From assembly GCA_002633005.1 (NCBI GenBank), contig NMRA01000102.1, positions 337,477-401,476 on the forward strand: 64,000 nt of DNA, in the 5' to 3' direction. The translations under genes and the position numbers were made by a program. The first letter of the stretch is position 1, and each line of letters starts with the position of its first letter. Under the pieces are notes generated by a model. It made no database searches and was not told the DNA's origin. It worked only from the letters and a program-made list of their open reading frames with translations. Positions 27,601-39,100 of the stretch are shown here, one piece after another. This DNA is from Phoronis australis. Lineage: Eukaryota; Animalia; Phoronida.

Positions 27601-30600
27601 CCTGCATAGATCCTTTCCTCCATATCCAATAGCATCTCACGAAGGTTCAGTTCCATGAACTCCTTGGCTGACGCATTCTTCACTTTACCTTTGACCTCTC
27701 GGTTACGTGACTTGACACTCTTAATTGTGGCCGTGTTCTTTTCCGTTGCTTCACCATCAACCACACTAGCTTGGAGGAAGTCTGACGGTACATCGACCAA
27801 TGCCTGTTGAATCCAAGACTTGAGTTCCTGCAGGGTTTGCTTTAAAGCACATTCTCTAAATCCTCGTGGATTTAGGCTTTGAATGAGCTGCTCTACCTCT
27901 TCAGTGGTGCTGTAGTACGACCAAGAAACATTTCGCTCTGGAACTATACTGTCCAACAACGTATCGCAAGTCTTTTCATCAGTGTCCATTTTCTCCACGC
28001 CAATTGAATTATCAGTTTCCATGGCGACAATGTCAGTGTTGCTGTTGGCAGCACTCAGTGGATTGTCACTCTTTAAATTAAGAGTAGCATTGTTCTAAAA
28101 CAGAACATACGAGTGAAATTACACTGTATATGGTCTCGGCAATATTCTCAAGCATTACACAACTTTAACAAACCCAAAAAACAAATGTGAGACAGCCCCA
28201 TACCGTATTCGCCCTAATAAGCGCCCATGCCCTTATAAGCGTCCCCCACGCGTTTTCAGACTTTGCTAAAATAAGCGCCCAGTCCATGAAAGCCATGTAC
28301 ATGTGAAAAATGCCTTACCTACAGTTCTAAAATTTATCAATAAGATCCGACAGTCCTGAAAAAATCATGGTGCGCGGAATTTGTAGACCACGAGCCTCGC
28401 CACTATGTCGGTATTTAGCCGTGACTATACACTTCAAACTTCCGCCACGCTTCAGAACAGACGCAGCATACTTGTCAAAGTGATTTTATTGTATTGTATC
28501 TTTCCTGTAGAGATCTTCTCCCTCAACAGGAATCCAAATCTTTTTGCACACGTGAAAACCGCGAATCAAAGACAAATAAAAACTTGACCTTTCAGTTAAA
28601 AGCACGTGGCTAGGAAGCGTGCGCTACATTCAAGAATCTGTCATCGAAGATTAGTCTTTGGGAACTATCTATTCATGAAACGGGTAGCATAGCATTGGCA
28701 AGAAATAAATGCTAGCACTTATTTCCGAAAATTTCTAATACCCTAAAAACATTTGCGTTATCTTTATGGGGGGATTTATTAAATTAGTCGTAATTGGTGT
28801 TCTTAAAGTCAAAATGACCCACTGATAGTGAAAACTTCCGTACCCTTACACCCCCTGAAAAATAACCGTTACACTGCAGTGTTCTCCACAACTACAAATC
28901 TAAACAGGTCGCACGCGTAAAAACTGCAACGTGCCAGAACCGCGCGGCGGTCAACGTTCTCCATAAGCTAGTGTGCAGTTTTTTGTGCACCTTATTTTTA
29001 CCCACTCATTTTAATAGTAATGCACAGTAGTGCAAACAAATAACTGTGTGTATTCAACTTTTTATTTTTAAAAGTTGGACTTATTTGCAAACATATCACA
29101 TATGTCATAACCGATTTGCTTAGTCAATGACTTTGAAATGGAANNNNNNNNNNNNNNNNNNNNNNNNNNNNNNNNNNNNNNNNNNNNNNNNNNNNNNNNN
29201 NNNNNNNNNNNNNNNNNNNNNNNNNNNNNNNNNNNNNNNNNNNNNNNNNNNNNNNNNNNNNNNNNNNNNNNNNNNNNNNNNNNNNNNNNNNNNNNNNNNN
29301 NNNNNNNNNNNNNNNNNNNNNNNNNNNNNNNNNNNNNNNNNNNNNNNNNNNNNNNNNNNNNNNNNNNNNNNNNNNNNNNNNNNNNNNNNNNNNNNNNNNN
29401 NNNNNNNNNNNNNNNNNNNNNNNNNNNNNNNNNNNNNNNNNNNNNNNNNNNNNNNNNNNNNNNNNNNNNNNNNNNNNNNNNNNNNNNNNNNNNNNNNNNN
29501 NNNNNNNNNNNNNNNNNNNNNNNNNNNNNNNNNNNNNNNNNNNNNNNNNNNNNNNNNNNNNNNNNNNNNNNNNNNNNNNNNNNNNNNNNNNNNNNNNNNN
29601 NNNNNNNNNNNNNNNNNNNNNNNNNNNNNNNNNNNNNNNNNNNNNNNNNNNNNNNNNNNNNNNNNNNNNNNNNNNNNNNNNNNNNNNNNNNNNNNNNNNN
29701 NNNNNNNNNNNNNNNNNNNNNNNNNNNNNNNNNNNNNNNNNNNNNNNNNNNNNNNNNNNNNNNNNNNNNNNNNNNNNNNNNNNNNNNNNNNNNNNNNNNN
29801 NNNNNNNNNNNNNNNNNNNNNNNNNNNNNNNNNNNNNNNNNNNNNNNNNNNNNNNNNNNNNNNNNNNNNNNNNNNNNNNNNNNNNNNNNNNNNNNNNNNT
29901 GCACCTCCAGTGAGCAGGTAGTGGATTAGGCGTACAGGTAGCATTGGGCCTTTGTTTAAATTGACTAGTTGTTCGGGATGAATTGAAAAGATAATCGAGA
30001 GATTATTTACACGCCGCGTTACATCACAAATAGACTTGTGGCCCGGTCTGCCGCTTGAGTGAGTCCGGTGATAAGGCTGTCCACAACGGACCACCGACTT
30101 CCTTAGGCTTAGCCTTTATTCAGTTTTAATGGGCTATGGCCAGTTGCTGTCAAGCGTAATTTGAACCAGTGAAGAACTTATTAACGACCACGACGTCTTA
30201 TTTACAAAGTAGAACCTATATTTTTAAACTGGTCGCGTGATTTTTAAACAGGACGCTGGATTTTTAAACAGGACGCGGGACATTTAAACAGGACACGCGC
30301 TCGGCCAAACAGGACGCTGCGACACGTTAAAAGTGGTCGTGGAGACCACTGCACTGTCACGCATCCACTCACCCGGCAACTCAATGACATCGGCCTTACC
30401 GGCCGAGACAATTCTCGAACGTTTTTTAGCAGATGAGATCAACTTTACAAGTGCTAAATAAAGCACGTTCTGCTTTACTGCTTATGTTAATTTCCTTAGT
30501 TACAATGCTCACCTTGATCCTTGCATCGCGTTTACTCTGACAAATGAACACTGATGACACGCACACGCTCGCTCTCAGACAATACGCAGACGAACTTCAA

Positions 30601-33117
30601 AACAAATATCACATGACAACAACAAGTGTGTTTGTCCAGAGATTTTTCTTGTGTTGCAGAGTACGATCTAGTGCAGATTTGGACTTAATACTGCAGTTAA
30701 TTCCGACTCCACAGGAACTTAAAAATCTTAGAGACGCTATTTTGAAAAGTTAAGGAGGAATTCACGTAATTTGTTGACTTGAAACTACATTTTTACTTAA
30801 GAATTCAAATTGACCTATCGGCAATCGCGTGGCAGCTAGGCATAAGTCGGGGAATTTTCGCACTGGGATTTTCTAGAAAATGCTCGTAATTTAACAACAA
30901 AATTTAATAGCAATGTACTGCAATTTTGTGGAAACTCTGTCATGGGTTACAGATGTGTCACAGAGCGTAAATATGATAAATTCTAGCTTACTATTTCACC
31001 TGTTTCGGAGACCAGATTTCAACCACTTTTGAGCTATAATAAGCGCCTCCCCCTTGCCTGAAGCAAATTTTTCTAAGCGCTCTGGACGCTTATTAGGCTG
31101 AATACGGTAAATCTAGTATCATTCTCAGTAGTATATAAAACAAGCAACCCTTCTGATCTTTTATACTGAAAGGATGGTGATACTTTTACATAGGAACCAT
31201 AGAGAAAGTAGCTCAAAATTAAAGAGAGGCAAATTTATATTTCACACAAAACACGTAACTTGCAAATATCATGTCACCCCACTTTGGTCCCTTTCAATCG
31301 TTTATCAAGAGCCAGTGTTTCCTCAATAATGAAAACAATCAATAGTGACATTACAGGTAGCCATACTCCTTCAATTCTGATCCCTTACCTTGATCTCGCT
31401 CCCATCAAATGATTCATTCTCTTTATCACTCGCCGTACTTTTCTCCTCACCCTCCTTCACCAGAACCGGTGGCGCCATCTGGTGAACAGGCTCTAACAGA
31501 GACTCGGGCAAGTGTTCACTCACAGCCTCCACAAAGACACCTGGGATACTCTCAAACACCCAGAAACGACGGAAAGCACGGTCCTGGCCCAGAGGCAGGA
31601 TGTTGAAACCATTCTGTAGTTTCACAATCTCCTCTAGATACTCATTTTCTCTCTCATGATAAGCCGCTTTCCTTTCAGCCTCCTTCTCAGCTCTCCGCTG
31701 TTTCAGAAGCTTGAGATCCTCTGGTGACAGAGTAGACTCATCAATGTCATAAGAGCCCTCCTGCAAATAAATATATTTACTTTCAGCTAGCGGCCACTTA
31801 AACTAATGTCCACTTAAACTAAAGTCCAATTAAACTAACGTCCAATTAAAGTAACGTTCACTTAAACTAACATCCACTAAACCTAACGTCTACTTAAACA
31901 AACGTCCCCATCAAGACATTAACACATAACTAAGCTCCTCAAAATTTTGATGAAAATTGGGTAGCTAAAACCACCACAACTTGATTTTAGGGCTGCTAAT
32001 TTATTTGGCACATAATCTATATGACCATAATGTTAAAAACCTGCATTTTGCTAGAGAAAACTAGCTAAACTAACAAAATTTTTCAGAACGTTTAGATTTT
32101 AATCCAAAGATGACACTCTCAACTATTTCTGCTAAAAGCGCATCTAATTTTAAATGTATTTTAACTTACTTTCAGATGAGTATTGAAAGAGAAATAAGTG
32201 TATAAAATACACAACATCTTGTAGACTGTACACAGTACAATTTTATGCCTTAAAAGTATGTAGAATACAGGTAACAGTTGACAGCCTTGGCAGTCACTCA
32301 ACCAGCAATCTATGTTTCAAATGTTTTGCTTGATCAAATAGATATAACTATCTTATCAATGACAAATGGAATCCACAAGATATCATATAAATTGAATGAC
32401 ATCATATCTCTCGTTTTTAAGGAAATTTTTTGATTCGTAGTGAAAAATCAGATAAAGTTAATTACTAAATATGTTATAGCAACTAAAGAGCCTGCACTCT
32501 TAATTCGCTAGACACTACACCAGGCTCTAATTCACAGGACACTACACCAGGCTCTAATTCACAGGACACTACGCCTGGCTTTAATTCACTGGACACTACA
32601 CCAGGCTCTAATTCACAGGACACTACACCAGGCTCTAATTCACTGGACACTACACCAGGCTCTAATTCACAGAACACCACACCAGGCTCTAATTCACTGG
32701 ACACTACACCAGGCTCTAATTCACTGGACACTACACCAGACTCTAATTCACTGAACATTACACCTGGCTCTAATTCACTGGACATTACACCTGGCTCTCA
32801 TTCACAGGACACTACACCTGGCTCTAATTCACTGGACACTACACCTGGCTCTAATTCACTGGACATTACACCAGGCTCTAATTCACAGGAAACTACACTA
32901 GGCTCTAATTCATTGGACACTACACCTGACTCTAATTCACTGGACACTACACATGACTCTAATTCACTGGACACTACACCTGGCTCTAATTCACTGGACA
33001 TTACACCAGGCTCTAATTCACTGGACACTACACCAGGCTCTAATTCACTGGACATTACACCTGGTTCTAATTCACAGGACACTACACCAGGCTCTAATTC
33101 ACTGGACACTACACCTC

Positions 33118-33165
<48 letters not shown>

Positions 33166-36100
33166 CTGCACATGTTTAATCTAACACCACATCCCTACTT
33201 AAGCTCAAACATGTTCCACTCACCTGAATTAGGTTCATGAGTTCATCTTCTTCAGCCGCCTTATGACGAGTGCGTACAGTAGGCTCCACAGGGGGAGCAT
33301 CAGCTTCTTTCTTTGACCTCTTCAGCTCAGATTTTTCAGTAGACTGATCTGTCGCCACGCCATCAACTTGTATTCTGAACATAATGAAATCACAACTGAA
33401 CAACAAATACATGGCTATATCCATCAATCACAACTGAACAACAAATACATGGCTATATCCATCAATCACAACTGAACAACAAATACATGGCTATATCCAT
33501 CAATCACAACTGAACAACAAATACATGGCTATATCCATTAATTCACCACAGAGGGCGCCCATCACACCATTACAACTCAGGACACTTCACAGGTCATGTT
33601 GCACACCAGTACATCTTCGTTGATAAACGCAATTGCCAGGATGATCGAAGACGTTAACAGTAGTACGTAAATATACTCAACTGTGAACAAATAAATCCAA
33701 GTACCGTGTTCGCCCTAATAAGCGCCCAGCGGCCGGCTGCATTAAACAGTCCCAAATAGGGACCCAACTAAGGTCCTTAAGTCTTTTTGCGTATTTTTGT
33801 CTTTATGGACTCACAGGTGCAATATTTTTCTATCATTTCATCTTTAATATGAGCTCCTCTTTGTTTAATGACTTTTTCTAATAATGTAGATAAAAACTGA
33901 ACTCCGAGTTCATTAAAAATAAATAAGGACTTGGTTTTTAAATTGGGGTGTTGCATGAGAAGATCCCTAATTATTTTCGACAATATTGGCAATTTAACGT
34001 AGAGTTCACTTTCAATTTGTATCAAAGTCAAAAGATAACTTAATAATGAAACTAAAAATTACAAGAAAGGGCAATCGATGTTTTCACAAGTCCAAAAATA
34101 CGCATTAGATTTAGGGAACTTAGTCGAGTCACTAATTGGGACTGTTTCATGCAACCGGGCACAGGGCTCTTTCAAAAATTCGTTTTGGGGGGTCTTATTG
34201 TAGCCTAAAGCAGTTGAAACTGGTCTCCAAAACGGGTGAAATCAAAAGCTAGGATTCATCAAATTTACGGTCCGTGATGTATCTGTAACCTATGACAGAC
34301 TTTCTACAAAATTGTGCTGCATTGCTATCAAACTTTGTCACGATAATTTTTCAAAAAATTGTGCTGAATTGCCAGAGCGAAAACTCGCCAACTGATGCAT
34401 TGCTGCCTTGCGATTCTCGATAGGGCAACTTGAATTCTTGAATAAAAATAGTTTGGACTCAACAAATCATATAAAATCCTCCTTAAGATTTCCAAATAGT
34501 GTCCCTAAGATTTTTGAGTTCATGCACAGTCGGGATTAACTGCAGATTAACTTCAAATCTGTGCTACATCGTACCCCGCAACATGAGAAAAATGTCTGGA
34601 CAAACATGCATGTTGCTGTCACATGACATTTGTTTTGAAGTACGTCCGTGTGGGTGAGTGAGCAAGCACGTGCGTGTCATCAGAGTTCATTTGCCAGAGC
34701 AAACGCAATGCAACGATCTGGGTGCCCATTGTAACTAAAGACATTAACTCAAGGAGTAAAGCAGAACATGTTTTATTCAACGCTTGATAGACTCATCTGC
34801 TAAAAACGTCCGAGAATTGTCTCAGTAACGCTGATATTAAATGTCATTAATTTGCTGGGTGACTGGATGCATGACAGTCTGACAGATATTTTCCGGGAGA
34901 TTCAGGGTGTAAGGGTGCGGAAGTGTTCACTATCAGTGGGTCATTTTGACTTTAAAAAAACCACTTATGATTCATTAAATAATTCCTCTTAAAAATAACG
35001 CAAAAGTTCTTCACGGTATTTGAAACTTTCGGAAATTAATGCTAATATTTATTTCTTACCAATGATATGCTGCCCGTTTCATGAATAGATAGTTTCCAAC
35101 TAATGTCTTCGATGACAGGTGGATGTATATAGCGTGCTTTTAACACTGGTCAAGTTTTTTATTAGTATCTTCAATTCGCAGTTTTCACATGCACAAAGAA
35201 ATTTGGATTCTTGTTGAGGGAGAAGATCTGTACGGGAAAGAAACAATACAATACAATCCCTTTGACAAGTATGCTGCGTTTGTTCTGAAAGGCCAGACCA
35301 TAGTGGGACACGTTCCTCGCAAGATCAGCAGAACTTTTGCGTTCTTTTTGAAGCGCGGCGGAAGTTTGAAGTATATAGTCACGGCTAAGTACCCACATAG
35401 AAGCGAGACTCGTGGTCTTCAAATTCCACCCACAATGATTTTTTCAGGATTGTCGGATCTTATTGATAAATTGAAGACGTTATTGTAGAATTTTTCGCAT
35501 GTACACGTTCATGGGCTGGGCGCTTATTTTAGCGAAGTCTGAAAATGCGTGGGGGGTGCTTGTAGGGGCATAGGCGCTTATAAGACGAATACGGTAGATC
35601 AAAATTACGTAATTCACTAAATACACATTTGTTTTCAGAATTTCATTTTTGAAGGGACGTTATAGTTTTTGCTGCTGAAAAATGCGACTTTTGGATTATT
35701 GTTTCATGTAATTAACTTCTTGAAGTTATTCGCTTTGTCAAAACAATCAACAGGTAAATAAAGTTTAAGAACAACGAACTGTTATGTTTCTGATCATTTG
35801 ATTTAAGAATGTTGTCAGACATAACCTAACTTGTCAAACAAGAACTTGCAGGTGACATCTGAATAACCTTATCATCTGCACTCAACTTGTTCACTGTAAC
35901 CAAGGTAACATATTGCTATATTGCTGCTATCATTGCAACCAAGGTAATATATTGCCATATTGATGAAATCATTGCAACCAAGGCAATATATTGCTATTTG
36001 ACTGAAATCATTGCAACCAAGGTAATATATTGCTATATTGACGAAAACATTGCAACCAAGGTAATATATTGCTATATTGACGAAATCATTGCAACCAAGG

Positions 36101-39100
36101 TAATATATTGCTATATTGCTAAGCATTAGGTAGTTAATAATTTCATACATATCCATTATCTGTTGATATGAAACCATCAGGTTTCACTCGAAATTATCGG
36201 ATCAAACACTATGTATAACAGTTACAAGAGCAACGCGGAGCGTTGAAATGCACCCATGAATGTGCTTCTAGAGTTATGTATTTGTATCGTAAAAATTTCT
36301 ACTAGATGGCGCAAAACGTCCAATCCATCTGAAAACGGAACATGCCATCACTTCTTTAATAGAAAGCTATTAACCTAATTTCATAAAAATCTGTCAAGGA
36401 ACTTCAGAGAAACAAAGAAAAATGAGAAAAATGAAATTGCCACAAGGGAGCAGGTGTCCACCTGAAAGTTGTTGTCGTCTATTGTTAGCTTCATATAAAT
36501 ATAAATTTTAATAAAGATCCTGCAGTGCGTTAAGGAGATACAACTATGGGCGCAAAACAAAACTACCACTGGAAGGCGACACAGTATTCAAAGTCGTCAT
36601 CGTCAACCGTCCTCATCACACTGAGAACATATACGCCAATTTTCAAAATCATCCTTAGAATGGTTTGGTTGATAGAGAGGTGAACGCCAAAAACAGACTC
36701 GAAAACAGTAAAACTGGCCACTAGGTGGCGCAACATATCTCGAATCCATCCGAAACGACAGGATAGCGTCACCTCACCATTAGATGTCTATACTCTAAAT
36801 TTTATGACGCTCCGTTGAGGACCTTTGAATACACAGAGGTAAGTTTAAAAACCTAAAATTAACACTAGGGGGCACACTGGTAGTCAGATCCATGCAAAAG
36901 TCGTCGTCAACTGTTATCAACACCATATACAGTATTCACCCTAAGCGCCCAGGGCGCTTAGAAAAATTCGCTTGAGGGGGGCGCTTATTATAGCCCAAAA
37001 GTGGCCGAAACCCGGAAAGCGTAAGCTAGAATTCATTAAATTTATGCTCTGTGACTCATCTGTAACCTATGACAGAGTTTCTACAAAATTGCTATCAAAC
37101 TTTGTTGTTAAATTAAGAGCATTTTTCAGAAAATCCCAAAGCGAAACCTCGCCGACTGATGCATCGCTGCCTCACGATCGCCAATAGGTCAACTTGAATT
37201 CTTGAGTAAAACTAAAGTTTCGATTCAACAAATTACCTGAAGTCCTCCTTAAGTTTTCAAAATAGCATCCCTAAGATTTTAAAGTTCCTGTGGAGTCAGG
37301 ATTAACAGCATATTAAGCAGGGTTTGGAACGACCAATGACGAAAAACGCGGAAACTTTTACAGCCGGCCCAACCTTGAAATGGTCGATGTGAACCCAAAA
37401 ATCGGGAGGACTAAAAAAAAAAAACGTTACCACCATCAGTGCCATGCGTCTGCGTCCTTTTAGCTCGTCGGTCCGCTCCAAATCCACACATTTTTGGCTG
37501 CAGAGCCGTAGTATTTGTCGCCGCGGTTTACAATAACACGAGACGCCATTGAAAATCCCAGCACGCTATCCCAGGTGCCCCAGCAATGTTGACGATTTAC
37601 GTTCCTCCGAAACATAAAGAGCAACTTCCGCTTTTCGAGGTGAACGTCGTCTGCAACGCCGCGGTAAGATAGGAATTTGCCACGGAAATTTTATATCAAA
37701 TCCGATTTTTTTTAAGTGGAAATATAATAAAATGCGCGGACAGAACATTTGAAAAAAGCGGAAATCCGTGTTTCTGCGAAAAATTCCAAGCCCTGCTAGA
37801 TGCGTGACAATCTAACAGTTATTTTTCGGGAGATTCAAGGTGGTGTAAGGGTACGAAAGTGTTCACTATAGTGGGTCATTCTGACTTTAAAAACACCAAT
37901 TACGAGTAATTTGATAATTCCCCCCTAAAAATAACGTATGCATTTTTTATGGTATTAGAAATTTTCGGAAATAAGTGCCAGTATTTATTTCTTGCCGATG
38001 CTATGCTACCCATTTCATGAATAGATGTTTCCCGAAGACTAATCTTTGAAAACAGGTACTTGAATGTAGCGCGCGCTTCCTGGCTACGTGCTTTTATCTG
38101 AACAAAGGTCAAGTTTTTATTAGTCTTCAATTTGCGCAAGCGTTCTTTTTCAAGCACGGTGGAAGTCTGAAGTGTATAGTCATGGCTAAATACCCACATA
38201 GCGGCCAGGCTCGTGGTCTACAAATTATGTGCACAATGATTCTTTCAGGACTGTTGGATCTTATTGATAAATTGAAGACGTCACAGTAGAATTTAAAACC
38301 GTAGGTAAGGCATTTTTTCGCATGTACACGGCGTTCATGGACTGGGCGCTTATTTTAGCAAAGTCTGAAAAAGCGTGGGGGCACTTATAGGGGCGAATAC
38401 GGTAAATAAACTTACTAAATTTAGTAAAGATCCTGAAAGAGGTTTAAGAGATACAGCCATGGGTGCAAAAAAAAAAACCTGCCACTAGGAGGTGCCACAG
38501 TAGTCGAGTCGTCGGAAAACTATCGTCAACCATGCTCATTATAGTAAGAACATATATGCCAATTTTCACAATTATCCTTAGAATGGTATGGTTGATAGAG
38601 GGGTGGACGCCAAAAAAACACTCGAAAACAGAAAAATGGCCACGAGGTTACACAGAATACCTTGAATCCATCCAGAAACAGGAAAATAGCGTCATCACAC
38701 CAATAGATGCCTATATTTAAAATTTTATGAAAATCTGTTGAGGACCTTTGAAGATAACAAGTTAAACGTAAAAAAATTAAAATTGCCACTAGGGTCCACA
38801 GCAGCAGTCAGATCTGTCCGAAAGTCGTCGTCATCCGTAGTCAACATCAAATAAATACACTTGCTAAATTAAGTAAAGATCCTGCAATGGTTTAGGAGAA
38901 ACAGCCATAGGCGCAACAAAAACAAAACTACCACTAGGAGGCCCCACAGTAGTTGAAATCGTCGGAAAATCATCGTCAACCTTTCTCTTTATAGTAAGCA
39001 CATATATGCCAATTTTCACAATCATCCTTTAAGCGGTTTGGTTGATACAGGGGTGAATGCAAAAAACAGACTCGAAAACAGTAAAAAATGGCCACTAGGT

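Larger units (their letters stand above)
33704..35594 (+). mobile_element. Tc2/pogo-like HIRAN-bearing element, copy 3 (most intact ORF)
   Basis: ta|CCGTGTTCGCCCTAATAAGCGCCC ... GCGCTTATAAGACGAATACGG|ta; inverted relative to copies 1 and 2. Confidence 0.85.

Noticed and set aside
29068-30094. Long ORFs of 263-324 aa
   Set aside because: Artefacts of translating the N gap
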